Assembly (NCBI GenBank): GCA_041649175.1
Contig: JBAZNR010000001.1
Coordinates: forward strand, 7,461 to 71,460
DNA: 64,000 nucleotides
Direction: 5' to 3'
DNA from: Candidatus Omnitrophota bacterium
GTDB taxonomy: Bacteria; Omnitrophota; Gorgyraeia; Zapsychrales; JBAZNR01
Part shown: one piece after another, positions 50,016-60,005 of the stretch
How the letters are laid out: every line of letters begins with the position of its first letter
How positions within the stretch are numbered: position 1 is the stretch's first letter
Notes under the pieces: model-generated
Told to the model about the DNA's origin: nothing
The model's input: the letters and a program-made list of their open reading frames with translations, nothing else
The model's database searches: none
Position numbers and translations under genes: made by a program

Positions 50016-51181
50016 TTTACGTACTTTTCGAAAATGTCGAGCATTTCTTCTGAGTAAAATCGCCAACTTATATTGTCCTCAACAAACTTTCTTGCATTCT
50101 CGGCTATTTTCTCGCTTAATTCTTTATGAAGAATAAGTTCTTCAACGGCACGTGCAAGCTCACCGGGAGAATCCGGCCGAACAATCATTGCATTTTCTTG
50201 ATCTTTGAGCACTTCGCTAGCACCACAGCCATAAGTAAGGACAACAGGGATCCCACACGCCATTGCCTCAAACACCGATAAGCCCCAGGTTTGAGGGCTG
50301 TTAGGAAATAAATACGCGTCGGAATTCTCATAGAATTTTAAAAGCTCTGGGGCAGACACGGAACCATTGAACTTAAATCTTTCCTGAAGATTTAATTGGT
50401 CGATCAGCTTGAATATTTTTCTTGTATATTTTAAGTTTTGTTTCAAATCCCCGATATGCTCAATAAAAATATTATGCCCGCGGTCAAGGAGGATCTTTAA
50501 GGCTCGAACACCGTCTTCCACTTTCCGATGAGGATATAGGACGCTTGTCATCAATATCGTAACAACATCTTTATGCGTTCTTTTCGAAAATTTAAACCAC
50601 TCCGCGTTAAGCCCGCTACGAACAATTTTTGACTCTCGATTGAAATTCTTTTTTACACCTTTCTGGTTAATACTGTCCAATACGACAATCTCTTCAAACC
50701 GCTGAATAAAACGGCGATATTCCGGCCTTATATAATACCCGATCGTTTTGGGGATGCTTTTCAAATTCCATTTAAAAAGAGGAAGATCGTTCATCATCCA
50801 AACAACAGGCTTGTCGTATTTTCTCTGCCATAAGCCCGCTGTCACATAAACACCATAATCATGCGGGTTAAGAACGTCCAGATCGGTATCAACAATATCC
50901 AACAATTGCCTGTGTTTTTTGCCGGTAAAAAATATGAAATATTTGTACAGATATTCCAGGTCCGTTGCCGGACAATCAGCCTTGTCGGCATTTTTGTGCA
51001 GCTTGACACAACGAATGTCCAGCCCTTCACATAACCCGGGGTAACTTCTTTCCTTATCGAAAATATAAGTGTAGATAATAACCTTATGGCCGTCACGCAA
51101 TAAATTACGCGCTAATTCCAAAGCTTGACGTTGCGTACCGCCTTTAATATCCAGCTGCCAGATTAAAATACCGATTTTCAT
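50012..51181 (-). CDS. Glycosyltransferase family 1 (GT4, GT-B fold)
   Basis: 389 aa. C-terminal EX7E-type region FPNSPQTWGLSVFEAMACGIPVV. Confidence 0.85.
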   Translation of the reverse strand: MKIGILIWQLDIKGGTQRQALELARNLLRDGHKVIIYTYIFDKERSYPGLCEGLDIRCVKLHKNADKADCPATDLEYLYKYFIFFTGKKHRQLLDIVDTDLDVLNPHDYGVYVTAGLWQRKYDKPVVWMMNDLPLFKWNLKSIPKTIGYYIRPEYRRFIQRFEEIVVLDSINQKGVKKNFNRESKIVRSGLNAEWFKFSKRTHKDVVTILMTSVLYPHRKVEDGVRALKILLDRGHNIFIEHIGDLKQNLKYTRKIFKLIDQLNLQERFKFNGSVSAPELLKFYENSDAYLFPNSPQTWGLSVFEAMACGIPVVLTYGCGASEVLKDQENAMIVRPDSPGELARAVEELILHKELSEKIAENARKFVEDNISWRFYSEEMLDIFEKYVK

Positions 51182-51241
51182 AATACTTTTTCTGCGGGAA
51201 TGTGTAGCCCAAAATGTTTTTAATTTTTAGGGACTCTGTTT

Positions 51242-52150
51242 TTACTTCTTATTCATAAAATATAAAATCCGATCGTAAACTTTACAGAAAATATTGTGGT
51301 TTTTCCGAAAATAATCAACGAGAGCCAGAAACATTTCTTCCGATTCTTCGATCATTTCCGGAAAATTCTCGACAGGAAGATCCCGCAACGTAGTATTGTA
51401 TCTTTTATTTTTGTAAGTATTAGTGCCGCTATTATCGAATCCAATATTTTTCACCAATGCCTGCGCAGGATAAAGCGTTAACCCGCCTTCCAAGAAAATA
51501 CTGGCATAAAACCGGATAGCCCACGAATCAATTTCGCCGCGTGTTTGCCGCGAAAGCATCCGATAATAGTTAAAGGATCCCTGACAATTGAATTCATGCC
51601 GCATTTTTTGATTGGATAATCTTTCAAGTAATTGACCTGCATCTGACTGAAATAATTTCCACGCCCGCTTCCAGGTGCCCCACCCCCAGCTGCTAAAAAG
51701 CCGCATAAACCCTGAATCGGTATTAATTTTCTTGATCGGATACAAATATCCCGTAACACTCATAACTTTTTGCTCGGAAGCGTATTTTTCTAATGCTGCA
51801 TTCATATAGCTTAAGAAATGAGGCGAAACAACGATATCATCTTCTAAAATAATAACTTGTTCGGATTTTTGAAAAAGGTGGCTTACCCCCTCGATGACTT
51901 GCCTGGCACATCCTTTATGTTCAGTATTTTCCTGAACAAATAAATTTTTACACCACGGCCGGCTATAGATAATCGATTTTACGCGTTCAATATTCTCACG
52001 ATCATCTTTTCCCTTCGGGCCATCGATAAAAACATAAAGATCGCTTTCCTTAAACTCTTTATTTTCTGCTAAAGATTCCAGGGATTTTTGTGTATGTTCA
52101 GGCCGATTGTAAGCAAAAAAAGCTATTGGGGAGATATTCATACGAAACAC
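51242..52150 (-). CDS. Putative GT-A-fold glycosyltransferase, uncharacterized family
   Basis: 302 aa. IAFFAYNRPEHTQKSLESL ... LYVFIDGPKG ... ILEDD pattern resembling the nucleotide-sugar-binding N-terminus of GT-A enzymes. Weak assignment. Confidence 0.45.
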   Translation of the reverse strand: MFRMNISPIAFFAYNRPEHTQKSLESLAENKEFKESDLYVFIDGPKGKDDRENIERVKSIIYSRPWCKNLFVQENTEHKGCARQVIEGVSHLFQKSEQVIILEDDIVVSPHFLSYMNAALEKYASEQKVMSVTGYLYPIKKINTDSGFMRLFSSWGWGTWKRAWKLFQSDAGQLLERLSNQKMRHEFNCQGSFNYYRMLSRQTRGEIDSWAIRFYASIFLEGGLTLYPAQALVKNIGFDNSGTNTYKNKRYNTTLRDLPVENFPEMIEESEEMFLALVDYFRKNHNIFCKVYDRILYFMNKK

Positions 52151-52195
52151 TTATAAAACATCGGTTTAAGAAATAGCGGCATCTGCCCCTTAATA

Positions 52196-53539
52196 TCAGG
52201 TTTTGCGATCTGGGGGATTTGTGCCAATACCCATGATCAAATGAGGTGTTTTCCTTAATAGCCCCATAAAATTAAGCGAACGTATCTGCAAAAAGAAGAC
52301 TTCTCTTGTTTTCTTGAACAAAAGATTTGACAGGACTCCGACGACAAGTTGAGAAATAACAGCGGCAATAGCCGCGCCATTTATATCAAATCTGGGAATA
52401 AGAATGATGTTAAGCACAATATTAGTGGCGGAAGCAATGATCGTATATGTCATTGTATAGACTTGCAAACTTTCATTAATAGCCCATTTGGTCCTAGCTA
52501 CACTCCAAAAAACAAATACCAGCGCCCAGATATGGATGGCCAAAACTTGAGCCGCAGGCAGATATGCCGGGCCATAAAATATATTGATGACTGGCCACGC
52601 AATGATCGTCACTAAAGTTGAAATCCCCAAAGCCAGCCAGAAAAGCAGCGAAAATAGCGCTTTTAGCCTATTTTGATATAACTCTTTATTCATTAACTTA
52701 GCGTTTACGATAGCGGGAAATAAAGAACTCGTTAAAGCGATCGGGACAAAATAGAAGGCCTCGCTGATCCTAACTGCCGCAGAATAATATCCAACGGAAG
52801 TAACGCTAAGCATTTGCTTGATCATGATCTGGTCAATGCGCATAAAAATTGAGATCGCCAATCCTGAAATGATCAGTGGCCACCCTTCCTTAAGCAATCT
52901 TTTGGCAACATCCCAGCGAAATCGCCAAACGAATATTTTCTGGCCATTTAAGGCATAAAAGACGAGTAATCCAATAGCGTTGATGAACATCTCAATAATG
53001 ACAACATAGATGAAATAAACAAGCGGCTTTCCTAAATAAACGAATGAAAGACAAAGAAATGACGTTACCGATAGGGAAATAAGTTGCGCGTAAACTGTAA
53101 ATTTGGAAAGAACCCGAGATTGAAAGTAGTAATCAATAACATCTAAAGACTGGAAGAAAAGACGTAGCGACATTGCAATGATCACGCCTTTAAAATCCGG
53201 CTCGATAAATCCTGTATGCACAACGATAAAAATAAGGATAACAGCCGCAAAACTACCAATGAGTTTTAGAAAGAATGCGGCTCCTAAGATCTGGGTCTTT
53301 TCTTTGCCATGCCTGATCAGATCTCTAACCACAATTGATTCCAGCCCAAGATCAGATAGGATGTTAAAAAGAAAGACAAAGCTTAAGGCATAACTAAAAA
53401 CACCGAATTGTTCCGGGCCTAAATATCGGATAACTTGAGCCCAGATCAAGAATGTGATCAGGCCGCGACAGATCTTCTCAAAGAATAAATAGCCCGTATT
53501 GTGAAGATATTTTCTGAACCCGCTGCTTTTCATTAACAT
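52196..53539 (-). CDS. Oligosaccharide flippase (Wzx; MOP/polysaccharide biosynthesis protein superfamily)
   Basis: 447 aa, about 12-14 TM helices. N-terminal LFFEKICRGLITFLIWAQVIRYLGPEQFGVFSYA typical of the Wzx/RfbX family. Confidence 0.8.
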   Translation of the reverse strand: MLMKSSGFRKYLHNTGYLFFEKICRGLITFLIWAQVIRYLGPEQFGVFSYALSFVFLFNILSDLGLESIVVRDLIRHGKEKTQILGAAFFLKLIGSFAAVILIFIVVHTGFIEPDFKGVIIAMSLRLFFQSLDVIDYYFQSRVLSKFTVYAQLISLSVTSFLCLSFVYLGKPLVYFIYVVIIEMFINAIGLLVFYALNGQKIFVWRFRWDVAKRLLKEGWPLIISGLAISIFMRIDQIMIKQMLSVTSVGYYSAAVRISEAFYFVPIALTSSLFPAIVNAKLMNKELYQNRLKALFSLLFWLALGISTLVTIIAWPVINIFYGPAYLPAAQVLAIHIWALVFVFWSVARTKWAINESLQVYTMTYTIIASATNIVLNIILIPRFDINGAAIAAVISQLVVGVLSNLLFKKTREVFFLQIRSLNFMGLLRKTPHLIMGIGTNPPDRKT

Positions 53540-53586
53540 AACGTTACCTTAATTGATCGTACACAATGACCCTTGGAAAAATACAT

Positions 53587-54591
53587 TTATGCCGAGTACC
53601 AGGAACACTTTTTACAAACTTCTGGCTGGTTACCGGTCATAAAGCTTTTCTTGATATCCACAACGACCTGAGAATTATACAATTGCGAGAGGCTTTTCTC
53701 CTTAACATTCCCAAGATAAAGCTCATCACGTTCACCTTTCGTATCGATACGGCAACCACATAATCGAACATCACCATTTGGTTGCAACTGCAAAACAGAC
53801 GTACGCGAGCAAGGAAGGAGCTTTACAAAATCCGAGCTTTTTATTTTCATTCCCGGAAGTAGATCTTCCTGCTTTATGGCCCCTGTCCAAGCATCAAAAT
53901 GGACCATATTGATCACTTCAACGTTTCTGCCGATATGCGGTTTGATGTACTGAATATAATCATTCAGCACTTCGCATTCACCAAGCGGCCTATCTGCCCT
54001 GAATTCAAGAAGTATCTTTTGGATCGTCAACGCCGAGTTTCTATCCTGCTGCAACTTTTGGAACTCTTTTAATATTTCATGAGTATTGGATAGTACTTGC
54101 TTATAGGCATTGGTTCGAAAGATCTTTTTGTACGCCTCTTCTGTAAGAGGCGCTAAGGAAATATGCAAGCGAGTCAAACCACTGCAAAGAATTTCAGTAA
54201 AACCAAATTTATGAAAAAGGCTTGCATTAGAATACGCGTGAATTGAATCAAATCCAAGCTGATGAAGATAGCGGATCTTTTCCAGCGCCTTAGGGTCAAC
54301 AAATAGCTCCCCTAAAAGTGGCGTCAGGCCAATTCTCTTCCCGTTTAAATCCCTGTAATCCTTCGCAGCTTTACGGAACAGCTCATCATCCATGACCGCT
54401 TTAGGCCGCCGGTCATACTGATAAGAGCAGAAAATACAGTTAGCATTGCAAATACTAGTGGTATCCATGTAGAGAGATTTCGCCACAGCCTTGCCAAAAG
54501 GACGAAGCAAGAAAAACACAATATTCTCTTTTGTATTGCCGGCAATACCAAGTAAGAAATTCAGCATGGCAGCACGAAAATAGTTAAGCAA
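53587..54591 (-). CDS. Radical SAM protein with C-terminal Cys-rich SPASM/twitch-like domain (paralogue of the N-domain of 45224..47089)
   Basis: 334 aa. CNANCIFCSY (CX3CX2C). C-terminal PCSRTSVLQLQPNGDVRLCGC...EVCKKCSWY aligns with PCSRVNHVLYIKPSGNVVSCFGD...SLCQSCNVG of the fusion protein. Confidence 0.8.
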   Translation of the reverse strand: MLNYFRAAMLNFLLGIAGNTKENIVFFLLRPFGKAVAKSLYMDTTSICNANCIFCSYQYDRRPKAVMDDELFRKAAKDYRDLNGKRIGLTPLLGELFVDPKALEKIRYLHQLGFDSIHAYSNASLFHKFGFTEILCSGLTRLHISLAPLTEEAYKKIFRTNAYKQVLSNTHEILKEFQKLQQDRNSALTIQKILLEFRADRPLGECEVLNDYIQYIKPHIGRNVEVINMVHFDAWTGAIKQEDLLPGMKIKSSDFVKLLPCSRTSVLQLQPNGDVRLCGCRIDTKGERDELYLGNVKEKSLSQLYNSQVVVDIKKSFMTGNQPEVCKKCSWYSA

Positions 54592-55543
54592 TTTTAATAC
54601 CTCTCTGAGAGCGGCTTTCGCCTGCGGTTTTCTGAATAATATACGCAGGCCGCGCTTTTACTTCTTCGTAGACCATCGCTAAATAACTTCCCAAAATACC
54701 GATCGTTATTAATTGGATACCTCCTAAGAAAAGCACAGAGATCAAAATAGAAGTCCAGCCCGGAACGGTAAAATCGGTAAAAAGCTTTACGTAAACCGCA
54801 TAGACGATGTAGCAAAGGCTCAAGAAAGTCGCGATAAGCCCTAAAAAACCAGCTAGATAAAGCGGCCGGGAAGAAAAACTCAAAATACCTGTTAAGGCAA
54901 GAGAAATCGATTTTCCCAACGAATACTTTGTTTTGCCGGAAATACGTGACGGCGCCGTGTAAGCAATACAAGTGGATTTATATCCAACCCAACTAACAAG
55001 ACCGCGAAAAAATCGGCATCGCTCTTTCATCGCTTTAAGAGATTCAGCGACTTCTCTGCTGATAATGCGAAAATCTAAAACACCTTCTTCGACAGCAACC
55101 TGGCAAACCCTGTTAAAAACAAAAGCAAAGGTTTTAGACGACAGATTCTTTAGTGGTCCATACTCTTTATTGTGCTCGCGTTTGGTGTAAACAATGTCAA
55201 ACCCTTCCTTCCATTTCGCGACAAGCTGCGGGATAAGTTCCGGGGGATGCTGCAGGTCTCCGTCCATCATGATCACAGCATCGCCGCTCGCATGATCCAG
55301 GCCGGCTGTTAAAGCACTTTGCTGTCCAAAATTTCTTGAGAATTTGATACCCTTGATCTTAGAATCTTGGCGAACCAAATCTTCAACGATAGCCCAGGTC
55401 TTATCTCGGCTTCCATCATCAATAAGAATAACTTCATGATCTTTTAGTTCGGGAGAATTTAAAACACCTTTTAACCTTTGATACAAAACAGGCAGACTCT
55501 CTTCTTCGTTGTGAAGCGGAATAACAATAGAAAGAACTGCCAT
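54584..55543 (-). CDS. GT2 polyprenyl-phosphate sugar synthase (GtrB/ArnC/DPM1-like) with C-terminal TM helices
   Basis: LSIVIPLHNEEESL ... ILIDDGSRDKT ... MMDGDLQHPP (DXD). Two C-terminal TM helices. Confidence 0.85.
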   Translation of the reverse strand: MAVLSIVIPLHNEEESLPVLYQRLKGVLNSPELKDHEVILIDDGSRDKTWAIVEDLVRQDSKIKGIKFSRNFGQQSALTAGLDHASGDAVIMMDGDLQHPPELIPQLVAKWKEGFDIVYTKREHNKEYGPLKNLSSKTFAFVFNRVCQVAVEEGVLDFRIISREVAESLKAMKERCRFFRGLVSWVGYKSTCIAYTAPSRISGKTKYSLGKSISLALTGILSFSSRPLYLAGFLGLIATFLSLCYIVYAVYVKLFTDFTVPGWTSILISVLFLGGIQLITIGILGSYLAMVYEEVKARPAYIIQKTAGESRSQRGIKIA

Positions 55544-55559
55544 GTTTACCTCCCTGCCT

Positions 55560-57077
55560 TTAACGGCTTGTTAAATAACTTTTGATCTTTTGCAATGTAT
55601 TAAGCGGCAACGTTAACCGGAATTCTTCTTTTTGCCCTTTCTTCTCTTTAAGCACCCAGATCTGCCAAGTGCCATTTTGATAGGCCAATTGATCACGATA
55701 AATATTTTCCAAAACAACGGCATCAGCTTCATCATTGATAACTAAAAAACTATTTTCTCGAAATGACACATTCTTTTCGTTAATGGCAGAAGCATATGTT
55801 ATGGGAACAGAGGAAAAATTTTGCAAAGCCCCCGCTGTCTCCTGATAATGCGGCGGATAAAAAAACTTACCCGGATTTTCTTTATTAAGGGCAACAATTG
55901 CTTCAACTACTTTGCGCTTATCAGCCATTTTTGAAATCCGCGGAATAATGATCTCGAGCAACACCAGAAAGACAATCACGATAATTGCTGCTTGCGCTAA
56001 ATAAATAAGGGGTTTTTGCTTCGGCATCCATGCCGCTATCAAAAAATAAATGGATACCATGATAAACGGCGCCAGAGGCGCCAGGAGATAATTGGGAAAA
56101 CCCCACGGCAAAAGTAAGAGTATGTAGATGATCATCCACAGAGGACAAATCAAAAAAAGCGGATCAAGAAATTGACGCCGCTTACCCCACCAAAAGTAAG
56201 CAGCTGTCAAAATACTTAGCCCCGCAATACCAATGGCGACTTTCATCATTCCCGGAATAGTTTTTAACATCCCTAAAAGTACTCCGATATTTAAATTGGA
56301 TTTGTAGTGCGCCGTGTATCCGCCTAAAATGGTTTTGATAAAGATCACATAAGAAAACCCGGCAATCACGCTGACCAATAAAAGGATCTTTGAGATCTTG
56401 ATATTCTTTTTGAAGATCAACAAATCCAAAGCGGCATAACCCGCATAGGAAAAGAGGAACACAACGCCTGTTTCCTTGCCGAGAATACTTAAAAACGCCA
56501 ACGATAAAGCGCCCCATAAATATCCAAAAGAATTATTCCGATAGCTTTTGACCAAAAACCATAAAGAAAGCGTTCCGAATATAAAAATAAATTTTTCCTG
56601 CAAAGAAATGTACATAAAGGTATTCCAAAACGGCAAAAAAGCAAAAAAACTTAACGGATAAACATACTTTTTAAATTCCGCCGTCATGCCTCCTTCGGGG
56701 AGAAGTTGGTGAATGATCTTTCCCCAGATCAAAAGAACCCAAGCTCCGGTGGCAAAAATAAGAAAATACAAGAAAAGCGGATATGGGATCTGATAAGCTA
56801 AAACGATCCAAAGATAAAGAAGTGGGCGAAATCTGCCAAAGACCTGCAGGTCTTCGTTGATCAGGTCAGGAAAAGACATTTTCCCCTGCCAAAACAAAGT
56901 TGCCCGTTCACGAGACTGCCAATCATCCATAAATCCCCAACCCGGGCTTAAAATAAAATATGCTCCCGCGACCGTCAGAATAAAAATAATGTAGACAGCT
57001 TGCTCCCAGGAAATGCGCCGCAAAAACAATCGCAGATTCGACAAAGCCCCTTGAATATACTTCTCGAAAGATGCCAT
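55560..57077 (-). CDS. Polytopic membrane protein, putative GT-C-fold glycosyltransferase (ArnT/PMT-like partner of the GtrB-like synthase)
   Basis: 505 aa. About 11 TM helices with an early Asp-containing loop (GWGFMDDWQS). C-terminal ~130-aa soluble domain. Assigned from context and topology only. Confidence 0.4.
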   Translation of the reverse strand: MASFEKYIQGALSNLRLFLRRISWEQAVYIIFILTVAGAYFILSPGWGFMDDWQSRERATLFWQGKMSFPDLINEDLQVFGRFRPLLYLWIVLAYQIPYPLFLYFLIFATGAWVLLIWGKIIHQLLPEGGMTAEFKKYVYPLSFFAFLPFWNTFMYISLQEKFIFIFGTLSLWFLVKSYRNNSFGYLWGALSLAFLSILGKETGVVFLFSYAGYAALDLLIFKKNIKISKILLLVSVIAGFSYVIFIKTILGGYTAHYKSNLNIGVLLGMLKTIPGMMKVAIGIAGLSILTAAYFWWGKRRQFLDPLFLICPLWMIIYILLLLPWGFPNYLLAPLAPFIMVSIYFLIAAWMPKQKPLIYLAQAAIIVIVFLVLLEIIIPRISKMADKRKVVEAIVALNKENPGKFFYPPHYQETAGALQNFSSVPITYASAINEKNVSFRENSFLVINDEADAVVLENIYRDQLAYQNGTWQIWVLKEKKGQKEEFRLTLPLNTLQKIKSYLTSR

Positions 57078-57081
57078 ATTC

Positions 57082-58269
57082 TTACCTTTTCTTATAATTT
57101 TCGATCGCCATTTGATAAATATTATTCAAGTATTCAAAATTCTTCTGAGCCGTATATTTTTCTTCATATTCAAGACGGGCATTTCTTCCCATCTCCAGTA
57201 TTGCCACATCATTGTTTTGCTGAAACCACCTGGCCTTTTGGACTAAATCTTTAGCATCGCCAGTGTTAAAAATTACTCCCGTGAAAGTTTCTTTAATGTA
57301 TTCTTTAATCCCTTCGCGAGAACTAGCCAAAACCGGAACTCCGACCGCATAGGCTTCCACAATAGCCCTGGGGAAATTGTCATAACCAACCGAAGGGACA
57401 ACAACGAATTTTGCTCTATTAAGATACTTGGCGCACTCTTCGTCAGAACAATAACCGAGGATTTCCACATGGTTCATATTTTTCTCTTTTATCATCTTTT
57501 TTATTTCACTTAACAGAGGACCAACGCCAATGATCTTCAGCGGTAAATCCGAGAGAGAAGCCCAGGCATCCAACAATACGCGGATCCCCTTCTCTTCACT
57601 GATCCGTCCGATATAAAGCGCGTAATTACCGCAAACATTGCGCGCCTTGGGGTCAGGATCAATAAAATGCGGTTTAACGATTATTTTCTCAGGAGCAATT
57701 CCGGATTCAATGAATTTCCGTCGGCTAAATTCTGTGGCCGTAATATAGCCATCAATTAAATTGATCCACGTTTTTTTCTTCCAATGATTATTCAACATCT
57801 TAACAATAACAGCTGTCAACAAAGATGAATTACGGTAGCAACCATGAAGAACACTTCGCCATCGGGAATAATACATGCATTCCGAGCAGAATTTTCCTTT
57901 TCTTAAAAAAACCGCGTTGGCGCAAAGCCAGCGAAAATTGTATAAACTCTGAACAACGGCAACCCCTTCGTCACGGCAGGCAAAATAAACCGAAGGGGTG
58001 ACCATAAAAAATGCATTGTAAACGTGAACAACATCCGGACAGAATTTCTGGATAATAGCGCGAACTTCACTGTAGGTTTTATCAGACCATGACAAATTTA
58101 AAAAAGATTTTATTCTTTCTAAGGGCGACAAGTTCTTGATCTCTTTATTGCTTCGCTCGTAAAAATAAACTTCATGTCCATAGCGGCTCACAAGCGAATA
58201 CTCAGCCTTGGCAACAGCGTCTTCTCCGCCATATTGCTGATAATGATTATGGATCATGAGTATTTTCAT
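57082..58269 (-). CDS. Glycosyltransferase family 1 (GT4)
   Basis: MKILMIHNHYQQYGGEDAV N-terminus. C-terminal FVVPSVGYDNFPRAIVEAYAVGVPVLAS (EX7E-like). Confidence 0.85.
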   Translation of the reverse strand: MKILMIHNHYQQYGGEDAVAKAEYSLVSRYGHEVYFYERSNKEIKNLSPLERIKSFLNLSWSDKTYSEVRAIIQKFCPDVVHVYNAFFMVTPSVYFACRDEGVAVVQSLYNFRWLCANAVFLRKGKFCSECMYYSRWRSVLHGCYRNSSLLTAVIVKMLNNHWKKKTWINLIDGYITATEFSRRKFIESGIAPEKIIVKPHFIDPDPKARNVCGNYALYIGRISEEKGIRVLLDAWASLSDLPLKIIGVGPLLSEIKKMIKEKNMNHVEILGYCSDEECAKYLNRAKFVVVPSVGYDNFPRAIVEAYAVGVPVLASSREGIKEYIKETFTGVIFNTGDAKDLVQKARWFQQNNDVAILEMGRNARLEYEEKYTAQKNFEYLNNIYQMAIENYKKR

Positions 58270-58293
58270 AATGGCTTAAAGATCTGCGATATT

Positions 58294-59010
58294 TTATCCG
58301 CGGAAAAAATGTTTCTTTTTCTTCTCAAAGATTTCCTGCGCAGGCTTAAGATCGGCAAGGCGGCCAAGGTCAAACCAAATATCTTTACTTTCATAACAAA
58401 AAACTTTTTCTTTGGCTATTTTCATGCGCCACATCAGATCGGGCATGCCAATGCACTCGCCTTTTTTAATGTAATCTTTACAGCGTTCGTTAAGAATATT
58501 AACTCCCAAGCTAAAACAGGATTCTGTTTTTGGTTTTTCATTATAGCTGGTTAATTGCAAACCTTTATCTAAGGAAATAACTCCGAAATCAGCCCGAGTA
58601 ATAAAACGCTTAAAAACAATGGTGGCGATGCCTAATTTGCTCTTGTGAAAGTTGAGGATATTTTTGAAATTCATATCGGTCAATGTATCGCCGTTTATGA
58701 CTAGAAAATCATTTTTCATGCCTTTAATGAGCTTTAAAGCACCCGCTGTCCCCAGCGGTTTATTTTCATGCACATAGCGAATACTGACCCCCCAGCGCTT
58801 TCCGTTGCCAAAATAAGTTTTAATGAGCTCAGCATGATAACCCGTTGAAATAATAATATCCGTCATGCCAAAGAACTTTAGCTGACGGATAATGATCTCG
58901 CAAATAGGAAAGTCTCCGATCGGAATAAGCGGTTTGGGTAAAATAGTCGTGTAGGGTTTAAGCCTTGAGCCTTGTCCGCCAGCCAAGATAACAGCTTGAA
59001 GTTTAGACAT
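58294..59010 (-). CDS. Sugar-1-phosphate nucleotidyltransferase (short NTP_transferase family, HddC/RfbF-like)
   Basis: AVILAGGQGSRLKPYTTILPKPLIPIG ... LGTAGAL ... INGDTL. 238 aa. The nucleotide specificity is not decidable from sequence alone. Confidence 0.8.
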   Translation of the reverse strand: MSKLQAVILAGGQGSRLKPYTTILPKPLIPIGDFPICEIIIRQLKFFGMTDIIISTGYHAELIKTYFGNGKRWGVSIRYVHENKPLGTAGALKLIKGMKNDFLVINGDTLTDMNFKNILNFHKSKLGIATIVFKRFITRADFGVISLDKGLQLTSYNEKPKTESCFSLGVNILNERCKDYIKKGECIGMPDLMWRMKIAKEKVFCYESKDIWFDLGRLADLKPAQEIFEKKKKHFFRG

Positions 59011-59995
59011 TATAAATCTCCGCTTTATACTTTGAGAGGTTCGCTTTGATCCACTGGCATGTCTTTTTTAAGCCCTCTTCTAGCGAAACTTTTGGGGCCC
59101 AGCCGCAAAGCTGGGAGAAGCAACTCGCATTACACCAAAGCCTTTCCACTTCACTGGTGTGGGGGCGAAGCCTCTCTTTCTGCGTCGTAATTGTTATTTT
59201 TTTGCCCATGATCGCAGAAATGAGGCGGACCAATTCTAGAATAGATATTTCACTGTTTGTTCCAATGTTGAATACTTTTCCATCGACATTTTGAGTCTGC
59301 GCAAGTTTCATATAGCCGTCAACGACATTAGAGACATAATTAAAATCCCGCGTCGTTTTGAGATTTCCTAATTGGATAGATCTTTTCCCGGAATAAATTT
59401 GAGTGATGATCGTTGGAATAACGGCTCTGGCTGATTGACGAGAGCCGAATGTATTAAACGGCCGCAAAATAGTGACGGGGAGTTTAAAGGAATGATAAAA
59501 CGATAACGCAAGATGATCCGCCGCTGCCTTGGTCGCCGCGTAAGGAGATTGTGGATTTAAGGGGTGATTTTCATCCATGGGAACATATTGAGCCGTTCCA
59601 AATACTTCGCTGGTTGATGTATGGATAATTCTTTCAACTCCGGTTTTGCGTGCGGCCTGCAGGACATTTAGAATACCTTTAATATTTGTATCCACATAAC
59701 TATCGGGAGAATGAAAACTAAAAGGAATTCCGATCAAGGCCGCCAGGTTAAAAACAATATCAACGCCTTTCATGGCTTCCAGGACACCATTAGGGTCTCG
59801 AACATCACCGGAAAAGACTTCAATCTTCTTCAGCTGATCTTTTGAAAGGCTGTCCAGCCAACCCCACGTATTAAAAGAGTTGTAATAAGTAAAAGCCCTT
59901 AAATGTGCCCCGCTTTTAATAAGCCGCTCGACTAAGTGGCTCCCAATAAAGCCATCTGCCCCTGTGACCAAAATTTTCTTTTTTTTCCAATTCAT
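59003..59995 (-). CDS. NAD-dependent epimerase/dehydratase (extended SDR), probable nucleotide-sugar 4,6-dehydratase/epimerase paired with the nucleotidyltransferase
   Basis: ILVTGADGFIGSHLVERL; catalytic STSEVFG ... SPYAATKAAADHL (S, YxxxK). 8-nt overlap with the nucleotidyltransferase gene. Confidence 0.85.
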   Translation of the reverse strand: MNWKKKKILVTGADGFIGSHLVERLIKSGAHLRAFTYYNSFNTWGWLDSLSKDQLKKIEVFSGDVRDPNGVLEAMKGVDIVFNLAALIGIPFSFHSPDSYVDTNIKGILNVLQAARKTGVERIIHTSTSEVFGTAQYVPMDENHPLNPQSPYAATKAAADHLALSFYHSFKLPVTILRPFNTFGSRQSARAVIPTIITQIYSGKRSIQLGNLKTTRDFNYVSNVVDGYMKLAQTQNVDGKVFNIGTNSEISILELVRLISAIMGKKITITTQKERLRPHTSEVERLWCNASCFSQLCGWAPKVSLEEGLKKTCQWIKANLSKYKAEIYNV

Positions 59996-60005
59996 TTTTT
60001 AGCCC

